From an uncultured Gemmatimonadales bacterium (lineage in GTDB: Bacteria > Gemmatimonadota > Gemmatimonadetes > Gemmatimonadales > GWC2-71-9): a stretch of DNA of 64,000 nucleotides. The notes below the pieces were generated by a model, which saw only the letters and a list, made by a program, of their open reading frames with translations, was not told the DNA's origin and did no database searches. The stretch spans positions 2,016,001 through 2,080,000 of the forward strand of contig CAVZZO010000001.1 of NCBI GenBank assembly GCA_963779755.1. Direction: 5' to 3'. Below, one piece after another: positions 46,737-55,578 of the stretch. Positions within the stretch are counted from its first letter, which is position 1. Each line of letters begins with the position of its first letter. The position numbers and the translations under genes were made by a program.

Positions 46737-48956
46737 ATGAACCCAGGCCGCGGGATCCTCTCCGGCGCGTTGATGCTGCTCCTGGCTGCCGCGAGCGCGC
46801 GGGCGCAGGAATCCGCCGCCCCCTCCGCGCTGCGAACCCGCTGGGCGGCTTCTGTCGATACGGCCCATCCCTGGCCGGAATACCCCCGGCCCCAACTGGT
46901 GCGGCCAGCGTGGCGCAACCTGAACGGCTGGTGGGACTACGCGGTGCGCGATTCGGCCGCCCCCGCGCCGGACCGCTATGACGGCCGCATCCTGGTGCCC
47001 TATCCCATCGAATCCCGGCTGAGCCGGGTGCAGCGGGCGGTCACGCCGTCGCAGCGGCTCTGGTATCATCGTACCTTCGTGGTCCCTGCGGACTGGCGGC
47101 GAGGGCGGGTGCTGCTGCACTTCGGCGCGGTGGACTGGGAGGCGGCCGTGTACGTCAACGGCCGCCGGCTCCGGACGCATCGCGGCGATTACGATCCGTT
47201 CACTCTGGACATCACCGGTGCCCTGGTACCGGCCGCGCATCAGCAGGTGGTGGTCGCGGTGCGGGACCCGACCGACAGCGGCGGCCAGCCGCGGGGCAAA
47301 CAGGTGCTGCACCCCCGCAGCATCTGGTACACCGCGGTCACCGGCATCTGGCAGACGGTGTGGCTCGAATCGGTACCCTCCACCTATATCGCCGCCCTGA
47401 CGGTCACGCCCCGGGTGGATTCCGGCGCGGTACGCGTTGCCCTGCGGGTGGAGGGCGCCGGCTCCGGCGGCACCGCGACGGTCGAGGTGCGCGACGGGGC
47501 GCGCACCATAGGCCGCTCGAGCGGGCCGGCAGACCGGGCGCTTACCATTGCCATTCCCCGGCCGAGGCTCTGGGCACCGGGCCATCCATTTCTGTACGGC
47601 CTGCGGATACGGCTGGCCGGCGGCGACTCGGTGTCGTCCTACTTCGGTATGCGGTCGATCGCGCTCGGTCGCGACTCGGCCGGGGCGGTGCGCCTGCTCC
47701 TGAACGGCTCGCCGCTGTTCCAGCTGGGGGTGCTCGACCAGGGCTGGTGGCCCGACGGGCTGTACACGCCGCCGACCGAGGCCGGCATGCGCCACGACCT
47801 CACCACGGTGCAGCGGCTCGGATTCAACCTGCTGCGCAAGCACGTGAAGGTGGAGCCGGCGCGCTGGTACTATCTCTGCGACAGCCTGGGCCTGCTGGTG
47901 TGGCAGGACATGCCCAGCGGGGACAACGCCAGCGACAGCGCCCGGTCGGAATTCGGGCGGGAGCTGGAACACATGGTGGCGGCGCTGGAAAACCACCCGT
48001 CGATCGTCATGTGGGTGCCGTTCAACGAGGGGTGGGGACAGCACCAGACCCCCCGCTACGTCGCCTGGCTCGAGCGGCGCGACCCCAGCCGGCTGGTGGA
48101 TGACGCCAGCGGCTGGACTGATCGCGGCGTGGGCGAGGTGATCGATCTGCACGCCTATCCCGGGCCCGGGATGCCCGCGCCGGACAGCGTCCGGGCGCGG
48201 GTGCTGGGAGAATTCGGCGGCCTCGGACTCCCGCTCGAGGGCCATACGTGGGTAGGGCGCGACAACTGGGGCTATCGCACCTTCACTTCGCTCGATTCCC
48301 TGAATGCCGCCTACCGCCGGCTGATGGGGCAGCTCCGTATTCTCATCGGGCGGGGTCTGGCGGCCGCGGTCTACACCCAGACCACCGACGTCGAAGTCGA
48401 GGTGAACGGGCTCATGACCTACGACCGCGAAATGGTGAAGCTCGACTCCGCATCCATCGCGGCAACCCGCCGGATTTACCGTCCGCCGCCGGCCGTCCGC
48501 ATGATCGTTCCTACCTCGGAAGATTCCCCGCAGCCGTGGACCTACACCACCCGGCGGCCCGACGGCGAATGGTACCGGGCCGGATACCATGCCGCGGGGT
48601 GGCAGGAGGGCAGGGGCGGATTCGGCACGCCCGATACGCCCGGCGCCCACGTGGGGACGACCTGGAACACGGCGGATATCTGGGCCCGGCGCACCTTCGA
48701 GCTGGGGGCGGTGCCCGCGGCACCGCTCTATCTGGCGCTCCACCACGATGAAGATGCCGAGGTCTATGTGAATGGCGTGCTGGTAGGTCGCTACCCCGAC
48801 TATACGGTGGACTATGCCTACCTGCCGCTGCCCGATTCCGCCCGGGCCGCGCTTCACGCCGGCCGGAACACCCTCGCGGTTCATGTGCACCAGACGAAGG
48901 GCGGCCAGTTCCTGGATGCCGGGATTGCCTCCGTGGCCGACCCGGCGCGCCCGTGA
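46737..48956 (+). CDS. Secreted glycoside hydrolase family 2 with C-terminal galactose-binding-like domain
   Basis: Signal peptide, YPRPQL, LHFGAVDW, RKHVKVE, WVPFNEGWGQ, GEFGG. Confidence 0.88.
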   Translation: MNPGRGILSGALMLLLAAASARAQESAAPSALRTRWAASVDTAHPWPEYPRPQLVRPAWRNLNGWWDYAVRDSAAPAPDRYDGRILVPYPIESRLSRVQRAVTPSQRLWYHRTFVVPADWRRGRVLLHFGAVDWEAAVYVNGRRLRTHRGDYDPFTLDITGALVPAAHQQVVVAVRDPTDSGGQPRGKQVLHPRSIWYTAVTGIWQTVWLESVPSTYIAALTVTPRVDSGAVRVALRVEGAGSGGTATVEVRDGARTIGRSSGPADRALTIAIPRPRLWAPGHPFLYGLRIRLAGGDSVSSYFGMRSIALGRDSAGAVRLLLNGSPLFQLGVLDQGWWPDGLYTPPTEAGMRHDLTTVQRLGFNLLRKHVKVEPARWYYLCDSLGLLVWQDMPSGDNASDSARSEFGRELEHMVAALENHPSIVMWVPFNEGWGQHQTPRYVAWLERRDPSRLVDDASGWTDRGVGEVIDLHAYPGPGMPAPDSVRARVLGEFGGLGLPLEGHTWVGRDNWGYRTFTSLDSLNAAYRRLMGQLRILIGRGLAAAVYTQTTDVEVEVNGLMTYDREMVKLDSASIAATRRIYRPPPAVRMIVPTSEDSPQPWTYTTRRPDGEWYRAGYHAAGWQEGRGGFGTPDTPGAHVGTTWNTADIWARRTFELGAVPAAPLYLALHHDEDAEVYVNGVLVGRYPDYTVDYAYLPLPDSARAALHAGRNTLAVHVHQTKGGQFLDAGIASVADPARP

Positions 48957-48966
48957 GGGAGCCGCG

Positions 48967-50100
48967 ATGCGAATCCGGATGGTCGTCTTCGCGCTTGCGG
49001 CGTTCGCGCTCCTTCCCGCCGCGGCGGCGGCTCAGGCGCCGCGCGTGAGCTCGGCGCCCTTCGGCCGGCTGCCCGACGGCACGGCCGTCAGGTTGTTCAC
49101 CCTGGACAACGGCCACGGCATGCGGGTGCGCGCCATGACCTACGGGGCCATCATCCAGCAGATCACCGTGCCCGACCGGAACGGGACGCCGGGCGACGTC
49201 GTCCTGGGGTTCGATTCGCTGGCCGGCTACCTGCACGACTCGCCCTACTTCGGGGCGGTGGTGGGGCGGTACGCCAATCGCATTGCGGGCGGCAGGTTCA
49301 GCCTCGACGGCGCCACCTATCACCTGGCGGTGAACAACGGGCCCAACGCGCTGCATGGAGGCGTGCGGGGGTTCGACAAGGTCGTCTGGCAGGCCGAGCC
49401 CTTCCGGCGGGGCGACAGCGTCGGCGTGGTGTTCAGCCATACCAGCCCCGACGGAGACGAAGGCTACCCCGGCACCCTCCGGGCCCGGGTGACCTACACC
49501 CTGACGCCCGACGATCGCCTGACGGTGGAGTATCACGCGGTGACCGACAAGGCGACGCCGGTCAACCTGTCCCAGCATTCCTATTTCAACCTGGCGGGAG
49601 AGGGCAGCGGCGACATCCTCTCGCAGGTGCTGACCATCCACGCCGACGGCTTTACGCCGGTGGATTCGACCCTCATCCCCACCGGGGAGATCCGCCCGGT
49701 CGCCGGCACGCCGTTCGATTTCCGCACGCCGCACGCGATCGGCGCGCGGATCGACGAAGCCGACGAGCAGCTTCGCTTCGCCGGCGGGTACGACCACAAC
49801 TTCGTGCTGGCGCGGACCGGGCCCGGGCTGTTCCATGCCGTCCACCTGCTGGCGCCTTCCACCGGCCGCACGCTGGATGTCTACACCACCCAGCCGGGGC
49901 TGCAGTTCTATAGCGGGAATTTCCTGGATGGGACGCTGCGCGGGAAGGGCGGCCACCCGTACCTCCACCGGGGGGCCCTCTGCCTGGAGACCCAGCATTT
50001 TCCCGATTCGCCCAATCAGCCGGAGTTCCCCTCGACCATTCTCCGGCCGGGGCAGCAGTTCCAGTCCCGGACGGTCTTTGCCTTCGGCGTGGCGCCGTGA
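48967..50100 (+). CDS. galM: Aldose 1-epimerase (mutarotase), signal peptide-bearing
   Basis: GRYANRI, LHGG, EGYPG, NLSQHSYFNL, GYDHNF, CLETQHFPD. Confidence 0.95.
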   Translation: MRIRMVVFALAAFALLPAAAAAQAPRVSSAPFGRLPDGTAVRLFTLDNGHGMRVRAMTYGAIIQQITVPDRNGTPGDVVLGFDSLAGYLHDSPYFGAVVGRYANRIAGGRFSLDGATYHLAVNNGPNALHGGVRGFDKVVWQAEPFRRGDSVGVVFSHTSPDGDEGYPGTLRARVTYTLTPDDRLTVEYHAVTDKATPVNLSQHSYFNLAGEGSGDILSQVLTIHADGFTPVDSTLIPTGEIRPVAGTPFDFRTPHAIGARIDEADEQLRFAGGYDHNFVLARTGPGLFHAVHLLAPSTGRTLDVYTTQPGLQFYSGNFLDGTLRGKGGHPYLHRGALCLETQHFPDSPNQPEFPSTILRPGQQFQSRTVFAFGVAP

Positions 50101-50113
50101 GAGGCCCGGCCCG

Positions 50114-51766
50114 ATGATCACCGAGCTTCGGGTTCGCGACCTCGCGACCATCGCCGACGTGACGCTCCAGTTCGGCGCGGGGCTCAACGTGCTCACCGGC
50201 GAAACCGGGGCCGGCAAGTCCATGTTGGTGGACGCGCTCTCCCTGCTGCTGGGCGAGCGGGGGGACAGCCAGCTGGTCCGGCCCGGCGCGGCGCGCGCTG
50301 TGGTGGAAGGCGCCTTCGAAGTGGCCGACCCCGCGGCGGAGCGGGGCATCACCGACCTCGGCCTGGACCTCGACGAGCACCGGGTGGTCATCCGGCGCGA
50401 GGTGAGCGCCGAAGGCCGCTCACGCGCATGGATCAACGGCAGCCCGACCACGGTCGGCGTATTGCAGCAGGTGGGCGCGCTGCTGGTGGACCTGCATGGG
50501 CAGCACGAAACCCAGTCCCTGCTGCATCCTGCCACCCAGCGCGACCTGCTGGACGCGCTGGGCGATGCGGCGGCCGAACGCCAGGCGGTAGCCGAGGCGC
50601 ATCGGGACGCCGCCGCCCTGATGCAGGAGGAGGCCGCGCTGCTGGGCCGGCGCGACGACGTGCGGCGCCGCGCGGACTACCTCCGGCACGTGGTGCAGGA
50701 GATCGACCAGGCGCGGGTGCAGCACGGCGAGGACGAGGAGCTGCAGGCCGAAGCCCGGCGGCTCACGCATGCCGGCCTGCTGGGAGAGAACGCCCGGATG
50801 CTGGCCGAGCTGGTCGGGGGCGACGACGCCTCGGCCCTGGTGGCATTGGGACGTGCCGAGAAGCCCCTGGCCGCGCTGGAACGGACCGACCCGGCCACCG
50901 GGGCCTGGCGGGAGCTGCTCGACGCCGCCTATGCCAATCTCACGGAGCTGGCTCGGGTGGCCGGTGAATACGCCGGGCAGATCCAGGAAGATCCCGGCCG
51001 CCTGGCCGACATTGAACGGCGGCGCGATCTGCTCTTCCGGCTTCGGCAGAAGTACGGCGAGACGCTGGATGCGGTTCGCATGGCGCGGGTGAATGCCGCC
51101 GCCGAGCTGGAAGTTCTGGACACGGCCGAGTTCGATCTCAAGACACTGGCGGCGCGGCGCGTGGCGGCCGAGGGTGCGCTGCAGGCAGCGGCCGCGGCAT
51201 TGACCGGCAAGCGCCGGGCGGCGGCGAGCCGACTCGCGCGGGGCGTGAACCGTCTGCTCCCGAAGCTCGGGATGCCCGGCGGCAAGGTGCGGGCCGAGCT
51301 GGCCACGCTCGATGCGCCGGGCCCAGCGGGGCGCGAAAGCGTCTCGTTCATGGTGCAGCTGAACCTGGGCCTGGACGAGCGGCCGCTGGCGAAGTCGGCC
51401 TCGGGCGGCGAGCTCTCCCGGCTCATGCTGGCGCTCAAGGTGGTGCTGGCCAGTCACGATGCGGTCGAGACGATGGTCTTCGATGAGGTCGACCAGGGGA
51501 TCGGCGGCGAAGTGGGCCGGCAGGTAGGCGACGCGCTGGCCACCGTGGCCGGGCGGCGCCAGGTGCTGGTCATTACCCATCTGCCGCAGATCGCCGCCCG
51601 GGCCGACCGGCATCTGGTGGTCTCCAAGGAGGCGCGGGGCGGCATCGCGACCAGCGACGTGGGGGTGGTCCATGGCGAGGACCGGGTGGTGGAACTGGCG
51701 CGCATGCTGGGCGACAGCGGCAGCCCCGAGGCGCGCCGCCACGCGCAGGCGATGCTGCGGCGGTAG
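50114..51766 (+). CDS. recN: DNA repair protein RecN
   Basis: TGETGAGKS, HGQH, SGGELSRLMLA, FDEVD.GIGG, ITHLPQIA. Confidence 0.97.
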   Translation: MITELRVRDLATIADVTLQFGAGLNVLTGETGAGKSMLVDALSLLLGERGDSQLVRPGAARAVVEGAFEVADPAAERGITDLGLDLDEHRVVIRREVSAEGRSRAWINGSPTTVGVLQQVGALLVDLHGQHETQSLLHPATQRDLLDALGDAAAERQAVAEAHRDAAALMQEEAALLGRRDDVRRRADYLRHVVQEIDQARVQHGEDEELQAEARRLTHAGLLGENARMLAELVGGDDASALVALGRAEKPLAALERTDPATGAWRELLDAAYANLTELARVAGEYAGQIQEDPGRLADIERRRDLLFRLRQKYGETLDAVRMARVNAAAELEVLDTAEFDLKTLAARRVAAEGALQAAAAALTGKRRAAASRLARGVNRLLPKLGMPGGKVRAELATLDAPGPAGRESVSFMVQLNLGLDERPLAKSASGGELSRLMLALKVVLASHDAVETMVFDEVDQGIGGEVGRQVGDALATVAGRRQVLVITHLPQIAARADRHLVVSKEARGGIATSDVGVVHGEDRVVELARMLGDSGSPEARRHAQAMLRR

Positions 51767-51846
51767 GGGCACAGGGGCGGTAGGGGCGAGGCGGTAGGGG
51801 CGAGGCATGCCTCGCCCCTACCTACCGCCTCGCCCCTACCGCCCCA
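51760..51846. repeat. GTAG-type REP cluster between convergent genes, palindrome at 51794-51821
   Basis: GTAGGGGCGAGGCATGCCTCGCCCCTAC plus partial copies. Confidence 0.88.
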
Positions 51847-52627
51847 ATTCCGCCAGGGCGGGGTGCCCATACCGCGCCCCCGCCACCATCACCCGCACAT
51901 TGGGCAGGACCTGCACATCGGCCGGGGTATGGGTGTGGCCGGCCAGCACCAGGATCTCCCGGTCGGGGAAGCGCGGCGCGATCTGCCGGATGGCGTCTCC
52001 CGTCGCCCGCGAGGTGAAGTACGGCAGCCAGTGCTCCGCCGGCATGTCCTCGCGGTGCCGGGCCCCCTGGGCGAAGGGCGGCACGTGGGTCAGCAGAACG
52101 ACGCGGGGCCAGCGCTCCAGCGCAGCCGGCAACTGTTTCCGGATGGTCGCTGCTCCTTCGTCGGCCAGGGCGCGCATCTTCGCCAGGCGGCCCGGCGGAT
52201 CGAGCCCGGCGAAATCGGTGATCAGGCGGTGGTCGGCCGGAACAAGAGGCGAAGCCTCGACCTCGCCCAGCCGCGCATCGGACCAGCCGCCGTGTCCCAC
52301 CAGTCCCAGGCCGTCGCCCAGCGCAACCAGTCCCGCATCCGGCAACCAACCCAGCTGCGGTACCGCGGCGCAGAGCTCCCGGACGTCGGCCCGCACCTGC
52401 GCGATACTGCCGCCGTAGTAATCGTGATTCCCCAGGACGAAGGAGACCGGCGCCTCGACCGTGCGGGCCAGCACCCGCAGGCGGGCCGTGAGCCCCGAGG
52501 CATTGTGAATGTCCCCGCCCAGCAGCAGGTGGGTCGGGTGGCGCCGCGCCAGGGCGACGCAGAAGCGGGAGAGGCCGGCGGGGGTGAGAAACTCCAGGTG
52601 GAGATCGCTGCCCCAGAGGAGCCGCAC
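51836..52627 (-). CDS. Calcineurin-like metallophosphoesterase
   Basis: SDLH, GGDI, GNHD, THVPP, GHTH. Confidence 0.9.
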   Translation of the reverse strand: MRLLWGSDLHLEFLTPAGLSRFCVALARRHPTHLLLGGDIHNASGLTARLRVLARTVEAPVSFVLGNHDYYGGSIAQVRADVRELCAAVPQLGWLPDAGLVALGDGLGLVGHGGWSDARLGEVEASPLVPADHRLITDFAGLDPPGRLAKMRALADEGAATIRKQLPAALERWPRVVLLTHVPPFAQGARHREDMPAEHWLPYFTSRATGDAIRQIAPRFPDREILVLAGHTHTPADVQVLPNVRVMVAGARYGHPALAELGR

Positions 52628-52629
52628 CC

Positions 52630-54198
52630 TCAGAACATCCGGGCGTAGAGGCGGAACCCGATGTCCATCGAGCGCCGTTTGGGCACCGCACCGCCGGAGC
52701 CGCGGACCGGCCCCTGGATGGTCCAGTGGGCCTCCACCGGCAGCCCGTGGGCGGCGGGATCTCGCGCGCCGGGGCTGGAATAGGTAATGCCCGCCTCGAA
52801 ACTGGTGAGGCTGGCTTCGGTATCCCGGCCCAGCACCGACGCGCTGATGCCCGGCAGCGAGTCCTGCGTCGAGGGATAGACGTACTGGTCCGCGCCGGCG
52901 CGCCAGTACCGCAGGCCTCCCAGCAGCGCCAGCGAGGGCGCCAGCCGCAGATACGGTGTGACGCCCACGTCCAGCACCGCTCCGCGGGTGCGCCGCACGG
53001 TGGTCTGCAGGTTGGCGAACGGCAGCGGCGCCGAAGGCGGCGCCACCCGCTGTTCCAGGTTCCGGGCGAAGCGGTATTCGTACCCGCCATCCACCCGCAG
53101 GCCCACGCCGCCGCCGCCCAGATCCAGAATGCCGCCGACACGCAGACCGAGGTCGCCCCCGCCGGTGCCCAGCCCGGTAAAATTTCCCGGCAGGTTGACC
53201 AGTCCGGTGGGCAGCCGGACGCGGATGTCCGCCGCGGTGCGGAGACCGCCCGCATGGCCATTCCGGTTCCAGTGATCGATCAGGGTGATGATCGCCCCGG
53301 CTTCGGCGTCCCCCACCCGGGCCAGCTTGTAGCTCTCCAGCAGGTTGCCGCCCACGGGGCCCGAGGGGTTGGACAGGAACCCCGCGAATTCATCCGAGCT
53401 GATCGGCTGCACGGCATACACCGGCCGGGCCGCGAAGCCGCCCACGCCGAGCGAGCCGCTCAGCGTGTTCTGCAGCGAGACCACCGCGCTGTCGATCGCC
53501 TGGCTGGTGTTGCTGCCGGCCAGCGGCACGAAGGGGCTGGCGGGATCGAGATAGACCGCCGCCAGATCCTGCTGCAGGCCCTGCGCTTTGGCGAGGGTCG
53601 CCTCGGCCAGGGCCTTCTGGGAGGGGCTGCCGTCGTAGCCGCCCGCGGCAATGTTGGACGCGAGCGTGCTGATGGCGCCGTCCAGCTCGTTGAAGAACTG
53701 CTGGGTCTGCTGCCGGCCCGCGACGGTGCCGAAGACCGGGTCGGCCGGATTGAATCCGGCGTTGGCGGTGGCGGAATCGAAGGCCAGCGAGATCTGGATC
53801 CGCTGGCGGACGATGGGCACATTCCCGTAGAGCGTGATCCGGCTGGTCAGGCCCAGCGCCAGTCCGAGGTTGAACGTCCCCGTGGTAACCAGGCCGTTGG
53901 CGCTGGTATGGCCGATGGACAGCCGGTAGGCGGGCTGGCCGGTGAGCCGGGCAAGGCCGGTCTGGGCCGCGGTGAGGGAAGGGAAGAGATCGGCCCCGGC
54001 TGCCGCCGACGAATAGTCCTGGAAGATGTCCTGGGTGCTGCCGCCCAGAAACCGGGAGTCGTAGTGCTGGAACCGTCCCCCGAACTCGAAGCGCAGCACC
54101 CCGCCGGGCACGCCGGGCTCCGGTAGCTGGGCCGTTGCCGCCGCCGGGAACAGCACCAGCAGCAGGCCCAGCACCGAGCGGCCTCTTCGTTGCTTCAC
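52630..54198 (-). CDS. Hypothetical secreted/outer-membrane protein
   Basis: Signal peptide (ATAQ), amphipathic strands, C-terminal Phe (FRLYARMF). Confidence 0.65.
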   Translation of the reverse strand: MKQRRGRSVLGLLLVLFPAAATAQLPEPGVPGGVLRFEFGGRFQHYDSRFLGGSTQDIFQDYSSAAAGADLFPSLTAAQTGLARLTGQPAYRLSIGHTSANGLVTTGTFNLGLALGLTSRITLYGNVPIVRQRIQISLAFDSATANAGFNPADPVFGTVAGRQQTQQFFNELDGAISTLASNIAAGGYDGSPSQKALAEATLAKAQGLQQDLAAVYLDPASPFVPLAGSNTSQAIDSAVVSLQNTLSGSLGVGGFAARPVYAVQPISSDEFAGFLSNPSGPVGGNLLESYKLARVGDAEAGAIITLIDHWNRNGHAGGLRTAADIRVRLPTGLVNLPGNFTGLGTGGGDLGLRVGGILDLGGGGVGLRVDGGYEYRFARNLEQRVAPPSAPLPFANLQTTVRRTRGAVLDVGVTPYLRLAPSLALLGGLRYWRAGADQYVYPSTQDSLPGISASVLGRDTEASLTSFEAGITYSSPGARDPAAHGLPVEAHWTIQGPVRGSGGAVPKRRSMDIGFRLYARMF

Positions 54199-54225
54199 GG
54201 CTCCTCCACGGCTACTCTCTCACTC

Positions 54226-55371
54226 GTGAGTCCCAGTCCCGCGCGCGACGCAACTTCGCTCTTCCGGAGCCGCTTCGGAAGCCACCCGACCGTCGGAGCC
54301 TCCGCCCCCGGCCGGGTCAATCTGATCGGCGAACATATCGATTATAACGGCGGCCCCGTGCTCCCCTGCGCCCTGCGCCGCCGGATCGCCGTCATGGCCG
54401 GGCCGTCCCCGGTGTGGGAATTCGTATCGGCCCTGGATGGAACCGTGGTCCGGCATGATCCCGCCGCCGGGCTTCGAGGCGACTGGTCCGACTATCTGAC
54501 CGGAGTCCTCCGGGTCCTGGCCCGTCGCGACGCGGCGCCACCGGTCGCGCGTATCAGCGTGGCGAGCGACCTCCCGGCCGGTGCCGGGCTCTCCTCCTCG
54601 GCCGCGCTGTGCGTGGCGGCCGTCAAGGCGCTGGCCGCCCTGGCCGGCGTGCGCGCGCGGCCGGCCGAAATCGCCGAGTGGGCCTGGGAAGCGGAGCACT
54701 TCGAAGTCGGGGTGCATTGTGGCCGTATGGACCAGACCGTCGCCGTCCACGCCCGGGCCGGCACCGCCCTGCTGTTCGAGACCGCCACCGGGACGCTGAC
54801 TCAGGTTCCCATGGGGGAACGCCTCTGGATCGTCGAGACCGGCGTGGCTCACACCCTCAGGGAAGGCGGTTACAACCAGCGCCGCCGTGAATGTGAGGAA
54901 GCCGTTGCGCTGCTGCGCGAACGGGGCTGGAGCATCGAGCGGCTGGCAGAGGTCCCGCCGGAGCGGCTGTTCGAGGCGGAGCGTGTCCTGCCGCCGCCGC
55001 TCGGCCGGCGGGTCCGCCATGTGGTCGGGGAGACGATGCGGACTCGTGAGGCCGCCGACCGTCTGAGGCGGGGTGACATCCCCGGTGTGGGACGTCTCCT
55101 GGTCGAGGGGCACGAATCCCTGCGCGACAGCTACGAATCGTCCTGTCCCGAGGCCGACTTTCTGGTGGAGCAGGCGGTGGCCCTGGGAAGCCGGGGTGCC
55201 AGGCTGACCGGTGGCGGTTGGGGGGGAGCCGTCCTGGTGCTGGCTCCCCCGGAGCGGGAACGCCGCATCCTGGCGGCCCTGGGCGAGACCTTCGCCGGCC
55301 GCTTTGGCCGTACGCCGTCGATCTGGTGGAGCCGGGCGGGCGCGGGAGTCAGGCGGGAACGGGCAGACTAG
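54226..55371 (+). CDS. galK: Galactokinase (GHMP family)
   Basis: APGRVNLIGEHIDYNGG, GAGLSSSAA, CGRMDQ, GARLTGGGWGG; GTG 54226. Confidence 0.93.
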   Translation: MSPSPARDATSLFRSRFGSHPTVGASAPGRVNLIGEHIDYNGGPVLPCALRRRIAVMAGPSPVWEFVSALDGTVVRHDPAAGLRGDWSDYLTGVLRVLARRDAAPPVARISVASDLPAGAGLSSSAALCVAAVKALAALAGVRARPAEIAEWAWEAEHFEVGVHCGRMDQTVAVHARAGTALLFETATGTLTQVPMGERLWIVETGVAHTLREGGYNQRRRECEEAVALLRERGWSIERLAEVPPERLFEAERVLPPPLGRRVRHVVGETMRTREAADRLRRGDIPGVGRLLVEGHESLRDSYESSCPEADFLVEQAVALGSRGARLTGGGWGGAVLVLAPPERERRILAALGETFAGRFGRTPSIWWSRAGAGVRRERAD

Positions 55372-55432
55372 CGGCAGAGTACAAGGTTGGGGTCGACACC
55401 CGGCGTTATCTTATGGGACAGGTTCGCAGCAT

Positions 55433-55517
55433 GCCCGGGTGGTGAAACGGTAGACACAAGGGACTTAAAATCCCTTGAGGCTCACGCCTCGTCTGGGTTC
55501 GAATCCCAGCCCGGGTA
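55433..55517 (+). tRNA. tRNA-Leu (anticodon UAA), long variable arm, CCA not encoded
   Basis: Acceptor GCCCGGG/CCCGGGT, anticodon arm AGGGA-CTTAAAA-TCCCT, variable arm GAGGC/GCCTC, T-loop GGTTCGAATCC. Confidence 0.96.
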
Positions 55518-55578
55518 CTCCCGCAGGCCCGCGCGCCCGCGGAACAGACGATCCGGACGCTGACCTTGCAGGTGTTCG

